IMG/VR virus record: IMGVR_UViG_3300046777_001575
Span: 14,478 to 78,477 of that record
Origin: a virus
Direction: 5' to 3' (one strand)
DNA: 64,000 bases
In this document: one piece after another, positions 41,409-50,284 of the stretch
Layout: every line of letters begins with the position of its first letter
Numbering within the stretch: position 1 is the first letter of the stretch
Notes under the pieces: model-generated
Told to the model about the DNA's origin: nothing
The model's database searches: none
What the model saw: only the letters and a program-made list of their open reading frames with translations
Position numbers and translations under genes: made by a program

Positions 41409-41794
41409 TCGTATTGCCCTGGTAGTTTAAATGTATCATCTAAGAACTTCCATCCTACTGTAACAATTCTTCCATACTCATGACCATCGTCAACATTGAT
41501 AGCCTTTGCATCTGAAAGCAAGATAGAGTATAACATTTCATCACATAAAATTGTTTCTACAACTTCATTGTTTTTAATAATATTTACTGTATATGAACCA
41601 GTTTGTTCGTCAATGCTATTTTCTGTAAAACTATCTGCAGAATAAAGCATTGCTCCAATATTAGAATCAACAACATCAATATGAACAACTTCATCACCAA
41701 CAACATATGCTATAGCCATTCCTGCAATATTGTTTGCTAATTTATTTTGTTTGTCTTCTGCTGTTACCCATTTAACATCCTTATAATTAATCAC
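41405..41794 (-). CDS. Hypothetical protein
   Basis: 129 aa, GTG start, SD AAGGAG; first gene of the oxygenase/GT operon. Confidence 0.6.
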   Translation of the reverse strand: MINYKDVKWVTAEDKQNKLANNIAGMAIAYVVGDEVVHIDVVDSNIGAMLYSADSFTENSIDEQTGSYTVNIIKNNEVVETILCDEMLYSILLSDAKAINVDDGHEYGRIVTVGWKFLDDTFKLPGQYE

Positions 41795-41851
41795 AAATAT
41801 CTCCTTATTTCTCTAATAATATTCTATCATAAAAAGACTCTACTGTCAAAA

Positions 41852-44800
41852 CTAGCACGAGGATAGGCTTCCAAGCGGATCACATGCTCCTGGATACATG
41901 CAGTATGGAGAAGGAAGGTTGGCGTAGTCAGACTGGCTACATGTACGATTTGAACTTGCTGGTGGAGTTGGGGTAGGAGCAGGTGGTGTTGGTGTAGGAG
42001 CATAATCTCCCTGACAAATATTTGGACATGATCCTGGAGTTATACACCATGTTCCATTGCCATAGGTTCCACATGCACCACCATAACTTACGCAAGTATT
42101 GCAGTCAGCAGTTGGTGTTGGAGCAGTTGGTGTTGGTGCAGTTGGTGTTGGAGAACAGTTTGTAGACTGGCAAGCAGGGAAGTCCCCAGTTGTGTATATA
42201 CATTGACGTGAGTAGCCAGTACCAGAACCAGAATTATCATATCCTGGAGTTGTATATGAACAGTTTCCTGTTCCACCGCACTGATAACTTTCAGTACACT
42301 TCCACTGTGCAGTTACTGCAGTTGGTGTTGGAGCAGTTGGTGTTGGTGTTGTAGGAACACAACCATTAGTTTGATCTATATTTGGACAAGAACCTGGAGT
42401 TACACATGTTCTATAATATTCTGAACCAGAAGGGCATCCAGAATTTGGTCTTGTTGCATATGATCCATCAGCATATGGAGAATAAGTATTACATGTGTTA
42501 CAGTCAACTGTTGGAGTTGGGGCAGTTGGAGTTGGGGCAGTTGGAGTTGGGGTAGATCCACACAAAGACTGAGCATTGGCCAATGCAGTTTGATAATTTG
42601 TGGTTACTCCTGATTCAGTACATCCTGTTGCACTTTGATATTCTGCTCTAGCAGTATTGCTATTTGGACCATCAATTACTTCTGGGAGACCATTACAGCA
42701 TCCATAAGCATAATAGAATGTTTGAGTTGGTGTTGGGGCAGTTGGGGTTGGGGCAGTTGGGGTTGGTGTTTGAGAATATTGATATACAGTTATTCCAGCA
42801 TTAAGACCACAAATATCTGTTGTTCCTCCAGCAGGACTCTGAGAAGCAACAGTTCCATTATTTTGTTGAGTTGCACCAACTGTTGTATAATCTAAGTATT
42901 CAAATAACCATCCAGAAGCAACAATTGCATTTCCTGCAGCAGATTCTGTCATTCCTACAACATTAGGTAATGTACAATTTGCAGGTGGTGTTGGGGTAGG
43001 AGCAGGTGGTGTTGGTGTTGGAGCAGGTGGTGTTGGGGTAGGTGTAGAAGAACATCCTGTTGGTGCAGGTCTTGCAGATACTATTGAGCAATCAATCTTT
43101 GTCGCTCCTATTCCACTAAGCAAGTTTGTGTATACTGAACAAGCCTCATTTATATTTGTTGTCAAAACATTGTTTGCATCAACTGTGTATGATTCTGAAT
43201 ATGGCTGACCGTCAAGGCAATATGCAAGATAAACTGTTCCAGGGTTTACAACTGGAACTGATGGGCATCCGCCACCATATCCAAGAAGAGCAACTATTTG
43301 CTCACTAGTTAACGATGGATTTGTTGTTGTTCCAACAACTACAGTTGAACTTGCTGTCGCTGTTCCATATGCTCCACCTCGGCTACCAACGATTACTGGA
43401 TCGCAATAAGTATAAATGTTATATGTTCCTGGGGTTGGTGTTGGTGTTGGGGCTGGATCATTTATACAAGAAACACCCAAACTGGTATACAATGGAGAAG
43501 ATGCTGTTCCCTGTACACATGTAAAGTTAGTTGCTCCATTTTGACTTAAACTATTTCCAATTCCAGTACATGCTTCATTTACTGATGTATATCCACCATA
43601 AGATATGTCCATACCAGAGTATCCGTTTATGTATCCACTGCTATCACAATATGCATAGGTTATGTAGATTGGTCCTGATGTTGGTGTTGGTGTTGGTGCT
43701 GGAGTTGGTGTTGGGGAAGCACCAGGAGTTGCAGCAAATGTTATTGATCCTGTAGAACTTTGATATCCAGCACGGGATGCAGTTATATATACTGTATAAG
43801 ATTGGTTTGGTGTTAGACCGCTAATATTAAATTCTTCTGGAAATTCTTGATTCTGTGTTCCTAAAGAAGAAGAATAAGAGTTACTATAGTCGTGATTGGT
43901 TATAGTAACATTTGCATAAACGGAACTAGGATAAACATTCCATCCTGTTGTATATGTAAGTGTTGGCGTTGGAAGCGTTGGCAATGTTGGTGTAGGTGTA
44001 GGGGCAGGTGGTGTAGGTGTAGGGGCAGGTGGTGTAGGTGTAGGGGCAGGTGGTGTAGGTGTAGGGGCAGGTGGTGTTGGTGTAGGGGCAGGTGGTGTAG
44101 GTGTAGGGGCAGGTGGTGTTGGTGTAGGAGCAGTTGGTGTAGGAGCAGTCGGTGTTGGTGTTGGGCTTACTATGTTAAGTAAATTTCCAAAAAAAAACCA
44201 TGTATCTGAGCCTATCTTTGAAAGAGTTCCTTTTGAGTACTGACCATCCAAAGAACGAACATTTGATTTGCTATTAAGAAATACCGAAGAATCTTCTTCA
44301 GTAATTGTCGTAAGTGCTGTACCTATTTGAATTATGTCAACAGAATAACCTACAGGAATTTGTACTGAAGAATTTTTTGGAAGAGTTAGAGTGTTTGGAG
44401 TAGAAGTAGATAGAAGAATAGTTTTTCCAATATCTTCTGCAGAGAGTGTAAAACTTTCTGTTTTTGTTATTACTGTTCCAGTGTTTGCAAGTGCTGGATC
44501 CAAGTCAAATCTTAAATCTACAGAATTCCAATCAATACCATTTCCAGCAAGATCTGAGTATGCTGATGTTGCTCCATTAATACCATTAGTAACTGCTGTA
44601 TCAACATATGCTTTTGTTGCTAGATTTGCAGTGTTAGCAATACCATGAACATCTGTAGTCTTTGCGCTATGTGTTGCATCTGCATCTACAAGATTTTGAA
44701 GGTGTTTTGCAATAGATGGGTTTACTAGGTTTGCAGGATTTACATTTGCGCCATCATAGGCATATGATCCATAGTGATAAAGCCGTAGGGCTGCCTGAAT

Positions 44801-44884
44801 ATCTGCAGCATCTGAAAGACCAGGCACTTTGGTAGGGAAAAGCCCAGTGCCATTGACGGTATTATCAATATTTTCTGCTGCCAC
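41852..44884 (-). CDS. Mucin-like fibre protein: adaptor domain, Pro/Thr linkers, FN3-like, PASTA and Cys-rich modules
   Basis: (PTPTPPA)n and (PTPTA)n blocks; PASTA LPNVVGMTESAA…VASQSPAGGT; many paired Cys. Confidence 0.8.
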   Translation of the reverse strand: MAAENIDNTVNGTGLFPTKVPGLSDAADIQAALRLYHYGSYAYDGANVNPANLVNPSIAKHLQNLVDADATHSAKTTDVHGIANTANLATKAYVDTAVTNGINGATSAYSDLAGNGIDWNSVDLRFDLDPALANTGTVITKTESFTLSAEDIGKTILLSTSTPNTLTLPKNSSVQIPVGYSVDIIQIGTALTTITEEDSSVFLNSKSNVRSLDGQYSKGTLSKIGSDTWFFFGNLLNIVSPTPTPTAPTPTAPTPTPPAPTPTPPAPTPTPPAPTPTPPAPTPTPPAPTPTPPAPTPTPTLPTLPTPTLTYTTGWNVYPSSVYANVTITNHDYSNSYSSSLGTQNQEFPEEFNISGLTPNQSYTVYITASRAGYQSSTGSITFAATPGASPTPTPAPTPTPTSGPIYITYAYCDSSGYINGYSGMDISYGGYTSVNEACTGIGNSLSQNGATNFTCVQGTASSPLYTSLGVSCINDPAPTPTPTPGTYNIYTYCDPVIVGSRGGAYGTATASSTVVVGTTTNPSLTSEQIVALLGYGGGCPSVPVVNPGTVYLAYCLDGQPYSESYTVDANNVLTTNINEACSVYTNLLSGIGATKIDCSIVSARPAPTGCSSTPTPTPPAPTPTPPAPTPTPPANCTLPNVVGMTESAAGNAIVASGWLFEYLDYTTVGATQQNNGTVASQSPAGGTTDICGLNAGITVYQYSQTPTPTAPTPTAPTPTQTFYYAYGCCNGLPEVIDGPNSNTARAEYQSATGCTESGVTTNYQTALANAQSLCGSTPTPTAPTPTAPTPTVDCNTCNTYSPYADGSYATRPNSGCPSGSEYYRTCVTPGSCPNIDQTNGCVPTTPTPTAPTPTAVTAQWKCTESYQCGGTGNCSYTTPGYDNSGSGTGYSRQCIYTTGDFPACQSTNCSPTPTAPTPTAPTPTADCNTCVSYGGACGTYGNGTWCITPGSCPNICQGDYAPTPTPPAPTPTPPASSNRTCSQSDYANLPSPYCMYPGACDPLGSLSSC
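43985..44165 (-). repeat. 21-bp tandem repeat encoding PPAPTPT
   Basis: ggggcaggtggtgtaggtgta repeated about 6 times, plus 15-bp APTPT units. Confidence 0.9.
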
Positions 44885-44903
44885 TATAGATCACCCTGTT
44901 TCA

Positions 44904-45500
44904 TTATACCACCGTAATAAAGAGATGAACATATTTTGGACCAGACATTGCGACCCATTCTCCATCTAGATATTCTACACCCTCTATTTCAAGTGGTAGG
45001 GCAATAAATCCCTGAGTTGTATCTACTTCTTTTATAATTAAGTTTGTTGCTAACGGTCCAGCAGTTTCTGGTGATGAGATACTGTATTGAACGCTAAATC
45101 TTGACGAACTAATAGTTCCTTCTGCTAAATCATATATGCTTGCAAGGTTTATTGGAGCAATTGTTAGTTTACCATTTACTGGAGTTAAAGGACCTTTGGT
45201 TTCAGAATAAAAGTTTGTTTTTAAACTAAGCATTGGTGTCCACTGTGATCCAGTTGCTGTTGCTACTCTTTGAAAAACAGTCTTATATGTTGGTGAAGAT
45301 GGACTATAGTCAATTGCAATATCTAATGGCTGAATGTCTTGTACTATTACCTTATGAACATTTATATCTTGTGGATTTCCAAGTGATCCAACAATGATAC
45401 TTCCACGGTCACCTGTTGGACCAAAATCTAAATCCAAACTAATTGTTTCTGGTCCACCAAAAACAGTTAAGTCATCATTTGATAATAGTATGTCTGCCAA
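44904..45500 (-). CDS. Hypothetical virion protein
   Basis: 198 aa; DFGPTGDRGS short collagen-like motif. Confidence 0.55.
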   Translation of the reverse strand: MADILLSNDDLTVFGGPETISLDLDFGPTGDRGSIIVGSLGNPQDINVHKVIVQDIQPLDIAIDYSPSSPTYKTVFQRVATATGSQWTPMLSLKTNFYSETKGPLTPVNGKLTIAPINLASIYDLAEGTISSSRFSVQYSISSPETAGPLATNLIIKEVDTTQGFIALPLEIEGVEYLDGEWVAMSGPKYVHLFITVV

Positions 45501-45502
45501 TG

Positions 45503-45943
45503 TTATGCTCCAGTTACCTGATCAGTAATTGTTATTTTGCCAGTTAGTAGTGTGTGAACTAGTGGATAAGATTCTGGATTTCCTGCAGCGCCTGCTGGCT
45601 TTACCACCTCTACGTCATAAACGTATTCTGTTCCTGCAACTAGCGTTGTTGAGTCTTGCGGTCTAATTGCACACCTTACATGTGTTCCATCATCCCAAAT
45701 TCTTGCATAGCAATTTATTTTATTGGCAACTCCAGCAGTTCCTCTTGCTGTAGATATTGTAAATCTTGCACTATCATATGGGGCAATTGTATCAATTACG
45801 CCGTCTATTGTACTAGAAGAATCTGAGTCAATCTGGTAAGATGACAAATTAAAAACCGTTCCATCATTCTTTTTCGGGTAAATACGAAATTCAAAGGTAT
45901 CACCCTTATAGTAGTTAAAGTCATAAGTCGCTGGAAATGCCAT
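45503..45943 (-). CDS. BppU-N-like adaptor
   Basis: YYKGDTFEF…YVYDVEV…LLTGKITITDQVT. Confidence 0.55.
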   Translation of the reverse strand: MAFPATYDFNYYKGDTFEFRIYPKKNDGTVFNLSSYQIDSDSSSTIDGVIDTIAPYDSARFTISTARGTAGVANKINCYARIWDDGTHVRCAIRPQDSTTLVAGTEYVYDVEVVKPAGAAGNPESYPLVHTLLTGKITITDQVTGA

Positions 45944-45950
45944 GGTTTTA

Positions 45951-46682
45951 TTATACCACGCTGACGTATACAGAATTGAAAATTACTGATGCATCAAAGT
46001 CTGTTCTTATCTGGGGGACGGCACCATTTCCCCACATGTCTTTATCCTCTATAAAGATTTGCTGAGTAATAGAAAGTATATAAGTTCCTTGATATTTAAA
46101 TGACCCTATTAACTGAACAAATTCTTTATCTTTGCTTGGAAAATAGGTTCTTATCCAAACCTCTGTATTTGATGTATGGGTGGTTAGTTCAAAGTTATAG
46201 GTTACAAATACCTGAGATCCTTCTTTTATACCGTGAAAGTTTAAAGCCCTTTGATTACTATTCCAGAGACTTGTACATTCCGCAGGAAGATATGTTTCAT
46301 TTTGTCTTTTTCCTTTAGTATCAAGAATAAGAGTTACCCACCCATCATCTCCTTGAGTAATACCCAACTTTATTGGTTTATCGAGCATATTAGTATATGA
46401 TGCCCAGCCAGCCTGCTGACCAGCGGAAGATAAAGAACTTAATCCATCTTTTCCAGAAGGTCCTTGAGGACCTCTTGGCCCCTGCTTACCCTCTGGGCCT
46501 GGTTCTCCCTGCTTACCATCTTTTCCATCTCTGCCTGCAGGTCCTTGAGGCCCAACTGGTCCAGGAACTGGGAGGAAAGATAATGTATTTTCCGATGAAA
46601 CACTAGTTTTATTTTGCTCAACTTGTGCAGCATAAGATGTTTTTTTTGCGCTAGGAAAATCCATGGATTTAGAAACTGCCAT
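45951..46682 (-). CDS. Collagen-repeat virion protein
   Basis: About 13 Gly-X-Y triplets: GPVGPQGPAGRDGKDGKQGEPGPEGKQGPRGPQGPSGKDG. Confidence 0.85.
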   Translation of the reverse strand: MAVSKSMDFPSAKKTSYAAQVEQNKTSVSSENTLSFLPVPGPVGPQGPAGRDGKDGKQGEPGPEGKQGPRGPQGPSGKDGLSSLSSAGQQAGWASYTNMLDKPIKLGITQGDDGWVTLILDTKGKRQNETYLPAECTSLWNSNQRALNFHGIKEGSQVFVTYNFELTTHTSNTEVWIRTYFPSKDKEFVQLIGSFKYQGTYILSITQQIFIEDKDMWGNGAVPQIRTDFDASVIFNSVYVSVV

Positions 46683-46699
46683 AGGAGCATTATCTCATA

Positions 46700-47146
46700 T
46701 TATTCACAAATATAAGAAAATGACATATGAAATTTATCATTAGTATCTAAAATAAATGGAGAATTATGATCAAATGGCTCATCAAGTGCACTTGACTTTA
46801 AGTTCCAAACTGTCATACCAATACTTCCAGGTGATAAATGACCTTTAATACTATAATGATCAGTAGCACCATTATTTGCATGATGAATTGATCCACCATA
46901 AACATCTGTATGATACTTTGATGCTATTGGCAGTGTCAATGAATACTGCCCAGTTCCAAAATTAGTAACAGTTGTAAATAATACATCTATCTGCACAGTT
47001 ACTAAATTACCAATTTTAATGTAAGAGCCAGTTGCTGGTGTTCCAGTAAATGTTAATCCTGTAGCAGACCATATCGGATTATACGAATTAATTTTTGTAG
47101 TAAGTCCTCCGACATCTCCGAAGGCGGGATGTGTAAAACGTGCCAT
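46700..47146 (-). CDS. Receptor-binding-head-like small fibre protein
   Basis: GSYIKIGNLVTVQI…FGTGQYSLTLP pattern typical of fibre tip domains. Confidence 0.55.
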   Translation of the reverse strand: MARFTHPAFGDVGGLTTKINSYNPIWSATGLTFTGTPATGSYIKIGNLVTVQIDVLFTTVTNFGTGQYSLTLPIASKYHTDVYGGSIHHANNGATDHYSIKGHLSPGSIGMTVWNLKSSALDEPFDHNSPFILDTNDKFHMSFSYICE

Positions 47147-47427
47147 TATGAACCACTTTCAAGACTTGTTCTTAATACTGCTAATTTCATTTCGTTTACA
47201 GAAGATATTGCATATAGAGCATCTTCGCCAGGTAACTCAAAAGAAATAGAATGGTTTGGCATAATTCTAAATCCATAGGATAAAGATGTAACATCTTCGG
47301 CCCCAATGTATATGTATCCAGAGTCATTTACATTTTGCAATGTTATGTCCATGCCAGAATGAGAACCATTTGGGGTAAGCCTTGTTGCTTCTGTGTTACT
47401 AAGAGTTCTTAGTACATGCTGTGTCAT
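47146..47427 (-). CDS. Hypothetical virion protein
   Basis: 93 aa, coupled to its neighbours. Confidence 0.55.
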   Translation of the reverse strand: MTQHVLRTLSNTEATRLTPNGSHSGMDITLQNVNDSGYIYIGAEDVTSLSYGFRIMPNHSISFELPGEDALYAISSVNEMKLAVLRTSLESGS

Positions 47428-47514
47428 TTATTTACCTACCTTAAAGGTTTTATTTTTTATTTTAATTGTTGATGGGAGTTGTGGTTTTGGTGATGAAACC
47501 TTAATTACTGCCAT
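47428..47514 (-). CDS. 28-aa basic peptide
   Basis: MAVIKVSSPKPQLPSTIKIKNKTFKVGK*; fills the gap exactly (TAATG overlap upstream, stop abuts the next ATG). Confidence 0.55.
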   Translation of the reverse strand: MAVIKVSSPKPQLPSTIKIKNKTFKVGK

Positions 47515-47915
47515 TATAGACTCCCAGTGACATCGCCAATTACAGATATAGTTCCAATAACTGGAGTCCAAATTGTCGGTCCATCCATATTAACATTTGG
47601 TCCATCAATAGTTACCTGAAGATCAAACATTAGTTCAGCAACTATACTCTTATATCCACTGCCCCAAAGTTCTGTTATTGAGGCTGGAGCCATAATGTCG
47701 ACATACCCTGCGCCAGGAGTTACCTCTAGTTCATCCAGGAAATCTGTTTTTGAATCATAACTTGTTGCTTTATAGGTCCAGTCAGAGGTATCAAAATATG
47801 TAGTTTCATCATCTTCTAAAAATTCAATACGAAGCGGAGAGGTATCTCCTCTGACTACATTCCACTTGATAGATACTGGATCTGCTCCAAACACCTCTGG
47901 GCCACACATACTCAT
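47514..47915 (-). CDS. BppU-N-like adaptor
   Basis: WNVVRGDT…FDLQV…TPVIGTI. Start re-set to the ATG 7 nt after TGGTATAAT. Confidence 0.55.
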   Translation of the reverse strand: MSMCGPEVFGADPVSIKWNVVRGDTSPLRIEFLEDDETTYFDTSDWTYKATSYDSKTDFLDELEVTPGAGYVDIMAPASITELWGSGYKSIVAELMFDLQVTIDGPNVNMDGPTIWTPVIGTISVIGDVTGSL

Positions 47916-47934
47916 AATCTTGATTATACCATGA

Positions 47935-47989
47935 AAATTGACTAATACCAAGGTTGGTGGGTATAGGACAAACCAAGGTATTAGCCAAT
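47935..47989 (-). ncRNA. Candidate small hairpin RNA with its own late promoter
   Basis: TGGTATAAT at 47996-48004, then GGCUAAUACC…GGUAUUAGUC stem; no supported ORF. Confidence 0.35.
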
Positions 47990-48182
47990 AATAAAATTAT
48001 ACCATAATAGACAAAAAGGACATGATATTAAAGTTTACCAAATTGTTACAATTGATAATGTCCGTTTTGTTACTTTTAAGATGAAATGCCAGGATTGGGA
48101 TGGTGTATACTTAAATATATATAAGAAAAGAAATATCCTTATAGTTTTAAAAACTATCTTATATATAATATATAGGAGAAAA

Positions 48183-48257
48183 ATGAGAAAAATAGTTAAT
48201 CGAATTAAGTTGTATTTTATCAAAAGAAAAAATAAAAATCAAAGATATATCTATTAA
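48183..48257 (+). CDS. 24-aa basic peptide
   Basis: SD AGGAG, then MRKIVNRIKLYFIKRKNKNQRYIY*. Confidence 0.35.
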   Translation: MRKIVNRIKLYFIKRKNKNQRYIY

Positions 48258-48259
48258 AA

Positions 48260-48514
48260 TTAAATTTTGTTTTTTGATATATATTCTATAAGTATATCGT
48301 ACATGTGGTCTAGTTTTCGACTCATATCTTTTCTTTTTTCGTCTGCGTCATTAATACGATTTTCAAGCCTATTAACCTGGTCTTTTAGCGATGATCCAGA
48401 ATTCGGTTTAAGTTCGCTTAAATAATGTTTTACAAGCCACTTGATTCCAAAAGCAATTGATGATACAATTGTTAAAATGGCTACAATTAACGAAGCCCAA
48501 TCTTGTACGGTCAT
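48260..48514 (-). CDS. Membrane protein (one TM plus coiled coil; holin-like/lysis-associated)
   Basis: WASLIVAILTIVSSIAFGIKWLV; ELKPNSGSSLKDQVNRLE. Confidence 0.55.
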   Translation of the reverse strand: MTVQDWASLIVAILTIVSSIAFGIKWLVKHYLSELKPNSGSSLKDQVNRLENRINDADEKRKDMSRKLDHMYDILIEYISKNKI

Positions 48515-48543
48515 GAAAATATTATAAGGGGTATTTTAACAAA

Positions 48544-49314
48544 ATGAAAACAGACATACTTGAAACATTAGAGCATTCTAAGAATTTAATAATATCCCCT
48601 GATATGGATGGTTTTATGACCGCAAAATTAATAGAGCGTTTTAACGGTTCGCAAATAGTAGGTTCGTATGATAAAAATATTTTATGTCTCGCCGACGGGA
48701 TAAATCCAGAAGAGTGCTTGTTCGTCGACTGCGACATGAATCGTCAAGAGTATGTATCTTTAGGAAACCATATGCGGTTATTAAAAGACAATATGTCAGT
48801 TGAGTCATTCAATCCGAATGTGCACTTCGGCGTTTCGACATATAGCGACAAGTTTCCTTTCGCAACCGCTTTTTTGGTTTCGTTCGCAACAGAGGTTCAA
48901 ACCTCCAATTCTGACCTAATACGCATGGCCTTTGCTGATTCAACTCTCAAGAACATGGAGAAGTATGAGCCTAACATGCGAAACTGGTCAAAACGGATGG
49001 ATCATGATGCAGTAAAGTACATAATAGACAATTCGGACATTGCAAAATCAAATGATGCACAGGCAAGGTTTGATTATGTTGATCAAGCATTTGTATCAAA
49101 ACGTTACGGCAAGGAAAGATATTTGGATACCCTAAATAAGGCCCTAGAAGCGCAGGGGATGAAGTTTCAAACCCTAACTAAGGGTATTAAGTACATATGC
49201 GATAAAGTTGGCATAGAAACCCTTATAAGGTATAATAGAGATATAATCTCATATGCCGAGATATTTACAGGAGAATATTCTGTTACTTACGACCAAGAAA
49301 AGGAATGGGTATGA
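48544..49314 (+). CDS. Possible DHH-superfamily phosphoesterase
   Basis: IISPDMDG (DxDG motif I) and LFVDCD (motif II); GNH where DHH is expected. Confidence 0.4.
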   Translation: MKTDILETLEHSKNLIISPDMDGFMTAKLIERFNGSQIVGSYDKNILCLADGINPEECLFVDCDMNRQEYVSLGNHMRLLKDNMSVESFNPNVHFGVSTYSDKFPFATAFLVSFATEVQTSNSDLIRMAFADSTLKNMEKYEPNMRNWSKRMDHDAVKYIIDNSDIAKSNDAQARFDYVDQAFVSKRYGKERYLDTLNKALEAQGMKFQTLTKGIKYICDKVGIETLIRYNRDIISYAEIFTGEYSVTYDQEKEWV

Positions 49315-49496
49315 CAAAAGAAGAAGTTATTCAAACAATGATTGATACAGTAAATGTTTATAATATTAATTTAATGAAGCAAGCCAAGATGAGCGAAGAT
49401 GAAATTACAAAAAATATTGACGGACAGTACCCCGCACTTCACTACATGTTTACTTTAATATATGATGATCTTGAAGTTAAGGATGCTTTTAAGTAG
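49305..49496 (+). CDS. Hypothetical protein
   Basis: 63 aa; overlaps the upstream stop. Confidence 0.55.
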   Translation: MGMTKEEVIQTMIDTVNVYNINLMKQAKMSEDEITKNIDGQYPALHYMFTLIYDDLEVKDAFK

Positions 49497-49509
49497 AATC
49501 TGAAAAAAA

Positions 49510-49698
49510 TTATTTGCCACAACTGCAGTTAGTGCAGCAGGTTTCTGAAAATAATTTTACAGCAAGGTTTGGTTCTTCTGGTCGACCTAAGTCTTCCCAA
49601 AATTTTTCTCTGCCAATGGAATCGGTTTCGACTATAGGCTTTGATTCAAATTGGAAATTATCATCCCAAGCGTTTTCTAAGTTATCTAATATTCCCAT
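49510..49698 (-). CDS. Hypothetical protein with Cys-rich C-terminus
   Basis: …CCTNCSCGK; leaderless promoter TGATAGAAT-N6-ATG. Confidence 0.6.
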   Translation of the reverse strand: MGILDNLENAWDDNFQFESKPIVETDSIGREKFWEDLGRPEEPNLAVKLFSETCCTNCSCGK

Positions 49699-50284
49699 TT
49701 AGATATTCTATCATAGTTTGTAGTGTTTCCACATTATCATTTACTTGGCCAAGAACCCTATTGCAGTTTGAGCATAACAAACCTCTAATGCACTTGCCAC
49801 AGGATTTAGACCCAGAACAACAAGCATGGTCGTGATCTACTGATAGGCGTTTTTTATACTTTTCAGGTTCCCCGCAAATTTTACAAACCCCATTTTGGGA
49901 TTTTTCCATATTCACATAGTCATCTCTTGTCAAACCATAATTTTTTAAATTTCCTATATGGCCAATGAGATTATCACACTCAATGCAATAGGTATAGGTT
50001 AGGTATTTGCCATTTTTTCTTAGTTTGGGAAAGTCTGTTTTATCAAGATACCGTTCGCATTTGCGACAATGAATTTTTATACCCTGGAGTTTTCTAGGCA
50101 TAACTCTTTTTGGATCATCTTCTGCTAGGTCATATTCTCTTACACAAACCTTACACCAGGGTTTTAGTCCATCTTGTGCTTTAGAGAATTTATGAAAATC
50201 AGATGTTTCTTTGTAGTTCTGACATTTTGTACATTGTTTTAAACCATCTTTGTTGTATTGTACTCGTGTGTATTGTTTTCTCAT
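49682..50284 (-). CDS. Endonuclease VII-type HNH nuclease with N-terminal Zn ribbons
   Basis: YGLT…QNGVCKIC…LSVDHDH…IRGLLCSNCN…G. Confidence 0.9.
   Translation of the reverse strand: MRKQYTRVQYNKDGLKQCTKCQNYKETSDFHKFSKAQDGLKPWCKVCVREYDLAEDDPKRVMPRKLQGIKIHCRKCERYLDKTDFPKLRKNGKYLTYTYCIECDNLIGHIGNLKNYGLTRDDYVNMEKSQNGVCKICGEPEKYKKRLSVDHDHACCSGSKSCGKCIRGLLCSNCNRVLGQVNDNVETLQTMIEYLNGNIR

Noticed and set aside
31976-44165. CRISPR array or non-coding satellite in the GAF and PT repeats
   Set aside because: The repeats are in-frame coding with synonymous variation; no unique spacers and no cas genes
1709-47000. Numerous plus-strand and alternate-frame ORFs overlapping structural genes (e.g. 3810-4337, 7983-8696, 11520-12035, 18953-19606, 43892-44182)
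   Set aside because: Antisense or frame shadows of long genes with biased codons or repeats; no SD or promoter and no recognisable motifs
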